Origin: Octopus sinensis
Lineage: Eukaryota
DNA: 64,000 nt
Reading direction: 5' to 3'
Assembly: GCF_006345805.1 (NCBI RefSeq)
Contig: NC_043010.1
Location: forward strand, 34,286,001-34,350,000
Part shown: positions 24,340 to 37,871 of the stretch, one piece after another
How the letters are laid out: every line of letters begins with the position of its first letter
How positions within the stretch are numbered: the first letter of the stretch is position 1
The notes under the pieces: generated by a model
What the model saw: only the letters and a program-made list of their open reading frames with translations
Databases searched by the model: none
Told to the model about the DNA's origin: nothing
Position numbers and translations under genes: made by a program

Positions 24340-27260
24340 AGTGGCGAAGAAGAGAATAACAGTCTCCCCACCACTACCTCAAGCTGAAAGCCAGAAAGTC
24401 CAACAGAAAGGCAAAGAACTCATCAAACAGCCACATGCACAAACCACCACCACCACTACTACTACTAATACAACAAACATAAGAATAATCAAAATAACAG
24501 CTAAATCAGCAACCCCACCACCACGAACAACACAAACACAACATCACTAAAACATTAAAAGAAATAAAACTGCAACACCAACAGCCAAAAACAAAACCAC
24601 TCCTTAACAAGTTCACTGTTGTAAATAGAAACAACAAAGAGTTGATGAGGTACATGGCACAATGCAAAATAAAAAAAATACACAAAAGTGGAGACCTTTG
24701 AAGAGTTCATTATTAAAACTCTCAGCACATAGATTTCTGTTTAAAATGTTAATAGCATTCTACATGATACTGAAAGGAAAATTCCCATATGACATGGGAA
24801 TGTTTTGCAGTGGAGAGGACAAGAACCTTTTGGAGAAGCCTTTTCGAGACCTTTCTCAGTTAAGAAGACAAGATTATACATACATTATCATGACTATAGT
24901 GACTTCTTACTCCTTTTATTTTGTCTAATATGGTAATATTCAGGATAGGTTGTACAAAATGCATGCAACCCAGAGTTGACGTCAAAGTAAGGTCATTTGC
25001 TCAATGACCTAAGGTTAGTAGATATAGATATGGCAGCTGTCGGTGAGACTAGGATTTCCAGAATGCATGCACTTGCATCAATCTTCAATGATTATGAAAT
25101 GCACACGTCTTTCATTTAGCACAGATCAGGTGGTGAGGTGGCAATGTTGTTTCACAAAAGTTTGGAACTCAAAGTATGAACAATCTTCCTGGACCCAAAC
25201 AGAAACTTGATACTGGATGTGAACAGCACTGATGGTGGTACAGCGCCTTCAGGCTATTGGCTATTTATGCACTGACTGGAGTAGAGTGGTCAAATTTTTT
25301 CAGGCAACTAAGAATGTTCTTCTTGATGTTCTACTCTTCAACAGAAATTGAATTCCTTTTGAATGTATGCTAGATTTGTGGGAAGTTAGCCAAAAAGAGC
25401 CTTGATAAAATGTTAAGCCAGCACCAATTGTTTGACAGGTAGAGACTGGATATCCTAAATACATCAACATGGACATTAAGTCATCCACATTGGATCTAAA
25501 CAGAGTATTTGTTAAGTCAGCAGATAGAGATAGTATAAAGCATCTACAATTTCATTTGGTTGGTGATACAAAACTGTGATCTGCATGGCTGACTTTGATA
25601 CGGTGCATCAACAGGAAACCAGTTACTGAAAGCTGAGTCCGTGGTTGCTTACATGGATTGGATTAATGAATTAGTTAATTAGCAGTTGATAGGGCACTCA
25701 TAAACTGGTGGTGGTAAGTCACTCAGCAGTGGACAGTTAGAGTAGAATTGATGGGATTTATCAGAGTGGTAGTGACAGAGAAAAATAGATTAAAGACAGC
25801 GTGAGCAATTAGTAATGTCATCATGTCTGATGTACTAGCAGTGAGAACGGTATGTAACTTTATTGCAAAACATGAAGATTTTATTGGCAGAGTTAAATGT
25901 ATATGTGCTTAGACATGTTTGATAGGCCAGGTTTACAGAGCTATGATGTAACAACGAAACCAGAATTTGGTATTTGGCAGAGTAGCACTGGTATGCTCTT
26001 TGATTTCAGGAAGATGTTTATGGCCTTTCAGTGGTGTTTTGCTCAACTGTTGGGTACAAACAGCAGTTTGCACCATACAGTTGAGTAAACTGGTGACAGT
26101 ACTTTTATACCTACATCAATGGCCTGCTATGGCTCATGGTTGACCTACAGTTGGTTGTTACTGAGCAGGTGAGGGAAATAACTCAGCTTGGATGTTCTGC
26201 CCTATGAGCTTTATGATCACATACCAAAGTTTTTAACTAACCTCATGCAAGATGCCTACTGCAACTGGAAGTAAAGTGGGAGAATTACCGGTTCTATGAG
26301 CTGAGATGTCGAAGTACTACTGAGGCAGGATCAGAACAAAAGCGACATTATCAATAAATTCTAGCCCATAACTGCTGAGCGCAGAGTTTAAGATATTGGC
26401 CAAGATGCTAGCAAAGTGGTTGGTGTTTATCATCAGGAAAGTGCATATCTGAGCAACCCTGACTTCTACTTTGTGACACACTAAAGAGAGAATTTCAGTA
26501 GATCAGTTGAAAGCTTTCAGTTGTGTTAATCTTAATTCTTCATGACTGTCCCCAGTGCAACCAGTTTTGGTCCTGTTTTAAGAGGCTGGATAACTTCAAT
26601 GTACAGTAGAATCCTCTTGATGTTGAGGTTAAACAACCATCTATTGGAACTATTTTGAATCATGTGCTTAGTGCATCTGGAGACGAAATGTGTAATTCAT
26701 TTATCTCTTTATGTAGACTCTCGAGGTTAACTGTTGTAGAAGCTGGTGGTGTTAATGGGTATCCTGTTTAGATTGCGATACGGATGAATAATGTAGGTAT
26801 ATGAAGATGATGTCACACAGTGGTGTTGGGCACCATGGAGGTGAAATAAATCAACACCATACTAAATGAATATCAGGTGATGTCAGGAGCAAAAATTTAA
26901 CTGGACAAGTTGGTGAGCTTGTAGCATGGTACCTGAACAAGCAAGTCCCTATTGTGCAGTGCTAGACCAATGAGTTGGTTCACTTTATGAAATAGGATGA
27001 AACTGTGAGCAGTGTGCAAAAGTGGGCTGAGATGAAACTATTCCTGAATGACTGGATCAAGGCAAAAAAATGAACACTTCCTCTCTGTTTTGTCTTGCTC
27101 CAGCTTTTGTCTGGCCAGACTGGAACATCAGCACTTTTACTTCTTAAGGAAAAGACATTCTACTTATCTATCCTCTGCACATCATCAGCCATGGCAATAA
27201 CAAGCCTTCTATACAGACAATCACTGAGGCTGTAACACCTGCAATGGTTCTTGGACAGTT
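24340..27260 (+). mobile_element. Heavily decayed Tx1/L1-clade LINE (ORF1 tail, APE endonuclease, RT)
   Basis: Broken frames give MVIFRIGC, HLLNDLRLVDIDMAAVGETRI, GGEVAMLFHKSL, TIFLDP (APE), then PIT..AEFKILAKMLA, RGWITSMYS, YEDDVT and SGAKI (RT). A low-complexity T/Q/K-rich segment upstream fits ORF1. Boundaries approximate. Confidence 0.7.
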
Positions 27261-27689
27261 AGCAGGTGTGGTTCACCTTTTATCATGTACATTTTCATAA
27301 ATTTTGTCTGTATGATATAACTGCAAACAAAAATCATGAGAGGAAATGAGGGTGGAGGAGGAGGTGCTGTCATCCAGTAAATTCGATCAAAGGTGGGTGA
27401 GAATTGAGAGCAGGGATTGAGTGAGTGAGCCTACTATCAGTATATACCTGTAGGTCCAGAGAACATGATTGGAAAAAGCACTTTCCCTTTGTAGTTAAGA
27501 TAATCCTGGACTTGAGAGGTTCCCTGATTGATTCTAGGAGACTTTTATATAATTGTATACTATGCATACTGTAGCTCTTCATTCATTAATTTCAATTTAT
27601 ATATAAATTCCCATGATTTTTGTAGCATGTCCTTATAATGCTCCCTTCATCTATTGCTCTAGTGAAAATAAATTATTATTATTATTATT

Positions 27690-27920
27690 ACCAGTATTTA
27701 AGGTAGTAAACTGGCAGAATCATTAGCATGCTTAATGGCATTTCATCTATCTTCGTGTTCTGAGTTCAAATTTTGTTGAGGTAGACTTTGCCTTTCATCC
27801 TTCCGGGATTGATAAAATAAATACCAGTTGAGTACTGGAGGGTAATGTAACCGACTAATCCTCTTGCCCCACAATTTCAGGCCTTGTGCCTAGAGTAAAA
27901 AGGTTTATTATTATTATTAT
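27690..27920 (+). mobile_element. SINE family B
   Basis: Full head, core and (ATT)n tail. Confidence 0.8.
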
Positions 27921-28937
27921 TGCTAGTAATAAGTGTAATGGTTTCTAACATAGGCAGAAAGGAATGGATTTCAGGGGAGGGATATATTTGATTTGACTCC
28001 AGTATTTCATTTTTATTTCATTAACTTCGGGAGATCAAACGACAAAGGTGAGTGAACTCAACAAACTCGAAACATAAAGTGACATAAGTTAATGAATCAC
28101 TCTTGAAACAAAATTTTTTTCTGCCTGATATCAGTGTATGTAACAACAATAAAAAAAGCAGGGAGTGGGGGATTGCATTTTTTGTAGTTCTTAATTTAAG
28201 GTGGTGAAAAATGCTGGTATTTAAAAAAAAACTTCATTATCAATTAGAGAGGAAAATAAAATTCTTCCTAAATTCAAGACATCTTACCACAGTTGGAAAA
28301 TATTACACGCACAAAGTTTGTCATTATATACATAATGTTTAGTCATACAAAACAAGAGTACTTAATACATGCTTATAGTGGAAGTGCATAGCATCTATTG
28401 TATGTATCTGCTTATTTATGTGTGTATAGCAACTTGGATTATTTCTAGTTGCTATATTCACAAATACACATATTGAAAAAAAAATGTGAGGGTGAAGTCT
28501 GACAAAAAGATGAAATAAAAAAATAGCAGGCAATTATATACATACATATATACACATTGTGTTAGGTGTAAGAAACTAATACTCAATATCAAGAAGTAGA
28601 GTATGAAAATTTTTTTATTTGTAATATACAGATAACTTCTCATCACTAACAGGTTGAGTTTTGTATCGATGGAGTTGGTTTACTGATTTCTTTTTTCACT
28701 TGGCCAGTGGACTGACAGTAATCCGGGACAAACAAATATTTGTTTGTGCAGACTTACAGCCAAATCTCTTGTCAGTTAAAAGAATATCAGTAGACCAACT
28801 TCACTGATAGGAAACCTTAGGTACCAGTGATGAAAGGTTGACTGTAATTTACGTTATATACACATACACACATATCTATATATGTACATCCAAAAAACCA
28901 TGCAAGCATGAATAAACAGATAACAATAGCATCAAAT

Positions 28938-28946
28938 AATTATATA

Positions 28947-28998
<52 letters not shown>

Positions 28999-29050
28999 CA
29001 CACACACACACACACACACACATACATACACACACACGCAGACACACACA
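28938..29050. repeat. (TA)n(CA)n microsatellite
   Basis: Directly visible. Confidence 0.9.
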
Positions 29051-30069
29051 TACAATGCATGTATTGAGCCTCAGATAGTTGTGGTTGTAATTGTGAATGT
29101 GGAGACTAGCTGTGGTTGAGGAAGGGGCATAAACTGAGGTAGAAATTGATGAAAATATTATGAAAAGGAGAAACTTAATAACACTCGAGGGAAGGAGAGA
29201 GCGAAGGGGTAAAGATTGAGACAAAATTAACTAATCGAGAAATAATGTTTTGTTCTGACCATCTAGAAATTACTAAATTAATATATATATATGTTCATAT
29301 CTGCACATGTCAACATTTTCACTAACATATTGTTAGAGTTCAAGTGAATTGTAATTTTTAGCAGCAGTTTTACACACACAAATTCATCGTCATCACCATT
29401 CCATACAACAGTAATATCTTTACCACACATGCATCATTACCATTTACACACACTCACCCACACCATTATATGTGGGTAGATACATCTACTCACTGACCAT
29501 CAGCATCATTATCATTACCATCATTGTCACGCAGTTTTTAGTAAAAAAAAAAAAAAAATTAAAACAAATGAAACATTAGCACACAGCTGGTATTTTTTGT
29601 TTGCCCTTTCCTTTTTTTTTGTTGTATTGCTCTGTCCACCAATGTCCCTCAGGTGTATCTGCATCCACCCACTAATGCCCACCACATGTGTGTGTGTGTC
29701 TATTATCCATCAATATCCATCACGTTGTATGCCTATGTCCACCAACATCCATCAAGTGAGTCTATGTCCATCATCAAACCTTTTTTTTTTTATCCCTTCC
29801 CAATCCCCACCCATCACCAACTTTGCACTGACCGTTTCTGGAAGGGTCAGTGTAGGGTCGACAGCTCTGCACACTCATCACAACCCATTCCCAACCCATC
29901 AAAAGACCTCCCCAAATAACCCCAACCCCAAACAGAACTGTTTCCAAAATCTTCAACAGAGATCTGAGAGAGAGGTGAGGTGAGGTGAGGTGAGGGGCAC
30001 GCAAGGAAGCAGAGGAGCGAAGGGTCAGCTGGGAGGAGGAGGAGTTGAAAGAAATGGAAACAGAACTGC

Positions 30070-30075
30070 TTTATT
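30070..30075 (-). promoter_or_regulatory. First AATAAA downstream of the GPAT stop (possible proximal polyadenylation signal)
   Basis: tttatt on + strand, ~210 nt past the stop; such hexamers are common by chance in AT-rich DNA. Confidence 0.2.
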
Positions 30076-30283
30076 GCTCATTAGCATATTAAAAAAAAAA
30101 CGAACAACAAAAAAAGCCCACCCCCACTCCATTCTAATTGCTAAAAAAAATTATTAATAGCAACTAAATTCATTATTTGCATTTGTTCAATGTTTTTTTT
30201 ATGTGGATTTTTGTTTTGAGTTCTTTTCATTTTTGATTTACTTTTCTTTAGCTTATTTTTGTCTTTTTGTTTTGTATATTTTT

Positions 30284-30371
30284 TCAGTCTATTTTGATAG
30301 TTTTGCTGTACTGTTCCTGTGGCTTTCTTCTTAAAGATTCTTTTGCCTGTGTCCGTTTCAACTGACCATCC
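30284..30371 (-). CDS. GPAT3/GPAT4: GPAT3/4 terminal coding exon (W)DGQLKRTQAKESLRRKPQEQYSKTIKID*
   Basis: Acceptor ttcag at 30372-30376; phase fits TG|G from the previous exon; resembles DGGLKR...YSK end of GPAT3/4; TGA at 30286-30284. Confidence 0.9.
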
Positions 30372-30499
30372 CTGAAGAGAGAGAAAAGTGAAATGTTAAA
30401 AAAAAATAACAAATATAGGTAAAGCAAAAATAGAAGTTGAAAAGGAGTGTTTTTTGTTAAACTTTTTGTTGCTATGTCTATATTGCTTCAATTTTCTTT

Positions 30500-30890
30500 T
30501 ATCCTTTTATTTGTTTCAGTGATTTGACTGCGGCCATGCTGGAGTACCGCTTTTAGTCAAGCAAATCGACCCCAGGACTTATTCTTTGTAAGCCTAGTAC
30601 TTATTCTATCATTCTCTCTCACCGAACCACCTAAGTGACGGGAACATAAACACACCAGCGTCAGTTGTCAAGCGATGCTGGGACTACAAACACAGACACA
30701 CAAACATATACACAGACATACATACATATACAACAGGCTTTTTTTAGTTTCCATCTACCAAATCGACTCGCAAGGCTTTGGTTGGCCTGAGGCTATAGTA
30801 GAAGACACTCGCCCTAGGTACCACGCAGTGGGACTGAACCTGGAACCATGTGGTTGGTAAGCAAGCTACTTACCACACAGCCACTCCTGA
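30500..30890 (-). mobile_element. SINE family A in the last GPAT intron
   Basis: Same consensus as 5444-5850. Confidence 0.85.
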
Positions 30891-30929
30891 TTAAAAAAAA
30901 TAACTGTCATTATTAAGATGGTGTATATA

Positions 30930-31125
30930 AGGCAGTGAGCTGGCAGAACCATTAGCATGCCAAACAGCAATTCGACTGTCTTTACATTCCAAGTTAAAAT
31001 TTCATCAAGGTTGACTTTGCCTTTCATCTTTTTGGGGGTCAATAAAATAAGTTTTAGTCTTACACAGGGGTTGATATAATCGTCTACCCTGCTCTCCCAA
31101 AATTTCAGGCCTTGTGCCCATTAGT
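30930..31125 (+). mobile_element. SINE family B
   Basis: taaggcagtgagctggcagaacc head and core. Confidence 0.75.
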
Positions 31126-31520
31126 ATAAACTGGCATTTGGAATATAAATTAAAATGAAATTTTGATGGGAGGTTTTAACTTAGATCACTTTAGAACAGG
31201 AAATTTGCATCTTAGAACTAGGGGCAGTTTCAAGTGGGTTCTTATTAAAAGAAAGAGAAGCGTTAAGTGATTTTGACAGTAAATCAGTTAAATTAACTTT
31301 ATTCACACACACATGCACACATATACACATATGTATGTGGGCAAGAGTAAATGGCTGATGGTTATTCTAGTTCTTTGATCAATAGAACAGTTTACAGCTA
31401 AAATACTTAGTTAACCAACTGCAGTGAATTTGAACTCCTTATGAGAACTACTAGTAAGTTATTTGTAAAGACTTTGATGTTAGGATTTGTGGCTAAAACA
31501 TTTGCTGTCATATCACTTAC

Positions 31521-31600
31521 CATTCCAAGTCCACTAATCCTCCTTTTCTAGCAATTTCAGCTTTTACTCTGTTAGCGAATGACACGGCATCTTCGCCGTC
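31521..31600 (-). CDS. GPAT3/GPAT4: GPAT3/4 exon DGEDAVSFANRVKAEIARKGGLVDLE(W), 80 bp
   Basis: AG/GTAAGT boundaries; matches family EDAVQFANRVKSAIARQGGLVDL. Confidence 0.95.
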
Positions 31601-32775
31601 CTACAAAGAGAATAATTTTTTTTAAACAAATTAATAAATAATCATATGAAGATGATGAACATGGTTGAAAAAGTAAGGATGGGGGCCTGCAAAATTTTTG
31701 GGTGAGGGTATTTTTGGATGAGGCCAATTTATTGATCTCCAGCACTTACACCAATACTTATTTTGGGTGAGGATAAAGTCAATTTAAACTATCTCCAGTA
31801 TTTAGACTAGTACTTATTTTAGGAAAGAATTCAGTTGATTAAACCTCATCCCCTTTCAGCACAAAAATCTGTTATTCCTGATTGGATTTGAACAGAAAAT
31901 GTAAAAGGATGTAACTAAATATTACAAAGCACTTTCTCTAATGCTTTAATGATTCTGCCACTCCACTGTCTTGCAGGAAAGAATAATAAAGCACCAAGAT
32001 AATTGTGTTACAGAGTTAATATTTGAACATCTTAAGTTCAAATTGTTTAGCTAACATATGAACATCCTGCCTTCCATTTAAAAGAAATATCTTTTTGGTG
32101 GCAGAATTAGTATTCTATTGCACTGAAATATTTTATAGTATTTAGTTGTCCCTCTACATCCATAAACAAAAAAAAATGATGATTTTTCACCAGTCTAAAT
32201 CCCAGTAAAATTCAAGTTATCCTTTAGCTCCCATCAGAATGCTAAGTACTGTATGCAGTTGTTTATCCTTAAGTCAGATCATTGAGCAAACTCATGATTC
32301 AAAGCATTTCAGTCTTGGCCTTTTAAGGATAACAAAGACTAAAACATTTAATGTTATAGTACTAGCTACAGCAGGGTGTAATCTGAGTGAGATTTAGCTC
32401 AACTGTGTATATAAGGGTTCCTGTGTTGGCTTGTGACAAACATTAGTGCCGGTAATGCAGTGGGATTAAATCATGCAACCACATACTGCCCTGTTTACAA
32501 TTAATAAACTTTTATAAGAGGTAGTGAAGTGACTCAAACTGCAGAGACTGGATTCAATGTTTAAAAGTTTGAATTCATCCACCCCAAGTTCAAACTATTG
32601 GTCCCATCATGGCCATTGTTTTTCCTACTGTCAAAGAATTGAGGTGGCTTAATTCAATCAACTTTACCCTTCCCATATAAATTTGTAGATTTGCACCAAT
32701 ATTGAAAATTGACAATAAAACTTTTAGATATCGACTTTACCCTAGAAGGAATTTTAAATGATAGAATAAACTCAC

Positions 32776-32904
32776 CATTTTTGTCATTGATGGTAGGTAC
32801 CAAACATCACAGACCAAGGCCCAGCTAGACATGATGTCACTCAAATGTCTGAGTAAATTGGCTTTGCTGCTGTTCCAGAATGCATCTCCGAATCTTGAAT
32901 CATA
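32776..32904 (-). CDS. GPAT3/GPAT4: GPAT3/4 exon YDSRFGDAFWNSSK...WALVCDVWYLPSMTKM, 129 bp
   Basis: AG/GTGAGT boundaries; matches family YDPQFGDAFWNSSK...SWAIVCSVWYLPPM. Confidence 0.96.
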
Positions 32905-32934
32905 CTGACAAGAAGTAAAAAAACAAAAAAACAA

Positions 32935-33130
32935 ATTGTTAGCATGCTGAGCAAAATGCTTAGTAGTATTTTTGTTCATCTTTATGTTCTGAGTTCAAAT
33001 TCCACCAAGGTCAACTTTATCTTTCATCTTTTTGGGGGTTGATTAAGTATCAGTTAAGCACTGGGGTTGATCTAATCAACTTAACCTCTCCTGAAATTTC
33101 TGGTCTTGTGCCAAAATATGAACCCATTAT
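32935..33130 (+). mobile_element. SINE family B about 30 bp from a GPAT splice acceptor
   Basis: Core ctgagttcaaattccaccaaggtcaac. Confidence 0.78.
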
Positions 33131-33779
33131 TATATATTATTAAAACCACCTTTGCCTTTCATCATTCAAGAACATCATTAGCATTTAACATCCACTTTTC
33201 TAATGCTTGCCTGAGTCAAAAAGAATTTGTTGAGGAAACTTTTCAAGAGCAAATACTCTTCCTGCTTCACATATTTCCAAGCAAAGGTAGTATTTTCCTA
33301 TAGGTAGACAAGCTTCTCACAGAAAACTGGAAATGAACAACCTTGATTGTATGATAATGATGATGCTCATTTACTACCATCATGTGATGCCTACATAAGG
33401 GTGTGTACATACACACACACTTCTTTAATTTTATTGTCTATCAAATCCACTCACAGAAATTTAGTCATAATTCAGTACCACAGAAATTGAACTTGACATG
33501 CTAATGATTATGCCAACCCATTGCCATTTGAGCATAATTTCCCCCAAAATGTGGTCTTGTGCTTATTATTAGAAATCATTATTATAATTATTATTATAAG
33601 CATTGGAAAGGGCGAAAATGGTAGAGCATTTATCTCCACACTTCTGAATTCAGATCTTGCTATGGTAGATTCTAGTTTCATGTTCTTGTGGTTGATAAAA
33701 TAAGCACCAGGTATATAGTGTAGTTGGTTCACCTGACTACATTCTGCTCACAGATTTGTGACCTTGTGTCTAATGCATG

Positions 33780-34450
33780 AAATCACAGTCAGGTAGAAAG
33801 AAGCCCAGCTATAAGTAGGTTCCATGAGGAGGTACAGTTTCTAGCAGTAGAAGATAGGTACAGATCACCAAGTCCTAAGTTATTACTATGGAAGAGTCAA
33901 ATCTTAACACTGTAAGCAGGAGGAGAATGTTTAATCAACAAATGTTCCATTAGAGAAGCAGGCAGTGTTGAGTTTATATCACTGTTGGACTGGAGAAGAT
34001 ATCAAGTAACAAGACACTTGAAAATCTTGACTGTAATTCAACTACAAGTATACCAAAGTTAGATACGAGCAGATAGGGAATGCTTAAAGTTTTTAAGCAA
34101 TTAAAACGGAAATTCAGAAGGTTTGAGAAACAGAGAGCATTTACAAATTTGGCAATTTGTACACTGTTGAAAGAATTGCTTTTTACATGTGGGACTGTCT
34201 ACCGACTAGTAAATAAACTGCCTTAGCAGATTCTCAGGCATGCAGAGTTATGTACCTTAACTAGACACACCAATACATGACATTTGCTGCATGGTTTGAA
34301 CTCCTAGCTATATAATAAGATCAGTAGTCCCAATGCAATGGTTGTTAGCTGCAGCAGTGAACTCCTGTTCAATTGTCCAATTTAAAACCCCTGAAGGGCA
34401 GCAACTTCTTTTTTGAATATGTTGGTGGCCAGCAACACCTGATTTAGAAC
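33780..34450 (+). mobile_element. Possible decayed BEL/Pao gag-region remnant
   Basis: Broken frames FKQLKRKFRRFE...LVNKLP*QILR...TFAAWFE resemble the BEL gag KLP...W pattern; weak. Confidence 0.3.
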
Positions 34451-34564
34451 AAGGAAAGTATCTCCTTTCACAGATGTCAAAAAGGAAAGTAGTGCTGGTG
34501 ATGATAATGGATGGAGCTATTTAAATAAGAACATAAAAGCCCTAATCATCTTCTTATCATATTC

Positions 34565-34925
34565 TTTTATTCTTTTACCTGTTTCAGTTATTAAGCTGTG
34601 GCCATGCTGGGGTACTGTCCTAAAGAATTTTAGTTGAACAAATCAACCTCAGTACTTACTTTTTTAAAGTCTGGTACTTATTCTATTGGTCTCTTTTGCC
34701 AAACTTCTAAGTTATGGGGACATAAACATGGCAATACCAATGATTAAGCAGTGTTTGGACACACACACATAGACAACAGGCTTCTTTCAGTTTTCATCTA
34801 CCAAATCTATTCAAGGCATTGGAGGCTATAGAAAACACTTGTCCAAGATGCCATGCAGTGGGACTGAACCTGGAATTATGTGGTTGGAAAGCAAACCTCT
34901 TACCACAAAGCCATGCTTGTGCCTA
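34565..34925 (-). mobile_element. SINE family A, diverged
   Basis: Same head and tail motifs with many substitutions. Confidence 0.75.
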
Positions 34926-36201
34926 TAGCCTTGCCTATGTCTATATAATATCATTTATCAGAGGAAATCAAAAGTAATGGAGCAAGAATATCTACAAACA
35001 TTCACACACCCATGATAGCTTATTGTTTAAAATTTTATTGAAAACAAATTTTTCATGGTGTGGCCATGATTTGAAGTTCATTGAGTTTTGTTTTAAATAA
35101 TTCAATGTTATGGCTTTTTTTTTTAGCAGTTTGTTCCATTAATTTTTAAAAATCAATTCCAGAATATTTGGTTCGTGTCCTGCAGGAAGTTGCAAAAATT
35201 ATTCAGGCCTCATATTTGATAGGTATATTGATCCTCAGATGCCCACTTGATGTTCACAATATACTTATTGGACATCTGCCAGTAGTTCAATAAATGTCTT
35301 CTGGGCTGCTTGCAAAATCTCCCTTGAGACATATACTGGATATCCATTAGATATTTTTGCTTTTCTTCTGTGTTGCCTCTCTGATCCAGATACACTACCA
35401 TAGCCTCATTCCTAGTACAACTAACCAACACAATGCAGGACTTTCAGCATTATCTCCCCATGTTTATATGTCAACATTGATTTTCCCTTTAAGGTTGTTT
35501 TTAAATGGACATTGCTGTAATGCAGTGAGGCTCCAGCTTATCTTATCTTATCCTTGTTGACAGTTTATTGACTGCATGATATTTTGGATGGAAGATAAGC
35601 GTGACCTTTATAAGAACATTGTCTAGTTCACTAAAGTCATTTGAGCTTTAAAGCTCAAAGGACATGTCAACATCCAACATCTACATGGTGAAATCAAGGA
35701 ATGAAGCGTAGAGTACAATATGCTAGTAGAATACAGTTGCCAAAATACAACTGCTAAATACAATTACCCAAACACAATACTTGACTCAGTATCTTCCCAA
35801 TGATATGAGTGGTTATTGAAACAAGACTGACCTGGCTGCCTCCATATCAATAATGAAAAACACTATAAATTACAACATTATGTGTATTGCTATTAAAAAC
35901 ATGAAATTAAAAAAAAAACACCTGTATTTGTTAACTGTCAGGACACTGCATCCTTCAGAAATTCTATGCTTTCTTAAATATGGTAATGTACACCTGACAT
36001 GCCTATGCACCTTTATTCTTTATGCCTCTTTCAATGTTCACTTTCCTATCTTTTGCGTATTTTATTGTGTATTGTGCATTGCCGTCTTTCTTTACTTGAC
36101 TTATAGGTCTGCTCTCTGTCCCCTCTTTTAACCTTTTCTGATAAGTTGTAGTGTACTTGAGTATCAGTTATAGTAAAGCTTAAGATAAAAGAGACACTTA
36201 C

Positions 36202-36287
36202 TTTAATAGCTACAGGATAAATTGTTCTTCCAACTTCAAAACTACCTTTTTTGAACATCATCACTGAAGTGTTGTTTATACAGGTAC
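36202..36287 (-). CDS. GPAT3/GPAT4: GPAT3/4 exon (G)TCINNTSVMMFKKGSFEVGRTIYPVAIK, 86 bp
   Basis: AG/GTAAGT boundaries; near-identical to family GTCINNTSVMMFKKGSFE; acyltransferase motifs III/IV. Confidence 0.97.
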
Positions 36288-37871
36288 CTGAAAAAGATAC
36301 AAGGAAGATAAGAGAAAGAAGAAAGAGAGAAAAAATAACTAAGAACATTATAACTAATAACATTATATAAGACTGGTTTCCACACTGTTTGTCTACAAGA
36401 CTTCATTCACAAGGCACTGGTCAGTTTGAGGTTGCAGTAGAAGTTTCATGCACATGGTACTTCAAGGTAGGACTGAACCTGGAAGAGTAAACTTTTCAAC
36501 CACACAGCTATACCTGCACCTCTCTTTGTATTCAGAGTTCATACCCTACCAGGGACCAAGTTTTCATTTTTGCAAACTCAATTAAATAATTGTGAGTGTT
36601 AAGATGGTACCAGTAGTATCAGTTCAACTGGACATGTGTCATTCTTCCCAAAGAAATGTCAGTGTTTCACCAATATATAAATAAATTACTAAATCCAGTA
36701 GAAAGAAAGAAAAATAATGAAAACTCTAGATGTTCCAACACTAATCAAGAACAAACTGAAAAATTCTAAGAGGTATAAATGCTGTTCAGAAGATATGTCA
36801 TTTATTCTATAGTAAATCATACCACAACAAAGGATATATAGAGATGACAAGAGTATAGATTGTTATCAATAAGTATGATTGATTACTCCAGCAATAGGAA
36901 TTATATCAAACATCATCATCATCATCATCATCATGTGTTCATGGAAGCAGAGAAGCTGAAAATTATTTCATCGTTTGGTGCCTTTCTTACATTAAGAAGA
37001 ATTTAGGAAGTTTACAGCCACAGTACGAAGATCAACACTCAGTTCTTGTGAAGCATCATCTTCTCCAGCCTTCTCTATGGTTGTGAGTTATAGCATCTGA
37101 CTAAGGCACTAGAAAAGACAGTGAACATCTTCCAGTAAAAATGTTTGTGTAAGGTACACCACATTTTGTACCGAGACTGACCTGGAAGTACTAAGAAGAT
37201 TGGGCCTCTTGCACATGCTTAGTTAGTTGGTGGTCAGTACATAGTCCCTAACCATACGGTTCTGGGTTCAGTCCCACTACATAGCACCAAAGCCTCGTGA
37301 GTGGATTTGGTTGCTAGAAACTAAAACAAGATTATTATATCATCATCATCATTTAACACCTGCTCTCCATGCTGGCATGGGATAGACTGTTTGAAGCTGA
37401 TGAGTTGGAGAGCAGCACCAGGTTCCAGTCTGATTTGACATGGTTTCTACAGCTGGATGCCCTTCTTAAATGCCAATCACATATATTTGTTGTTGTGTCA
37501 TGTGTGCGTGTGTGTTAGTGTATCCTTGCATTGACATTGTGTGATAGTTGTAAACGAGTGTCACATCAAGCAAACAATGTCTTTGTATCTAAAGTTCTAT
37601 GAAAACATGTCAAGTCATGAGGGAATATTATCTTTCTTGGAAACAGGCGAGGGCTGGCAATAAGAAGGACATCCTGCCATAGAAAAATCCATCTCAACAA
37701 ATTCTGTCTGACCCATGCAAGCATGGAAAATGGACATTAAAACAATGATGATGATGCTTTTCATACAGCAAGCCATGCAGCTATGAAGTAAAAAGTGCTC
37801 TGGTTACTGTCATCTGTTGCTCAGTCAGGCAGACTGAGACATCCAAAGAAAGCTAAAGTCACATGATTTGC

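Noticed and set aside
29597-30004. 128-aa plus-strand ORF and 76-aa minus-strand ORF
   Set aside because: Low-complexity sequence downstream of the GPAT stop (likely 3'UTR) with (GAGGT)n and homopolymers; no coding signature.
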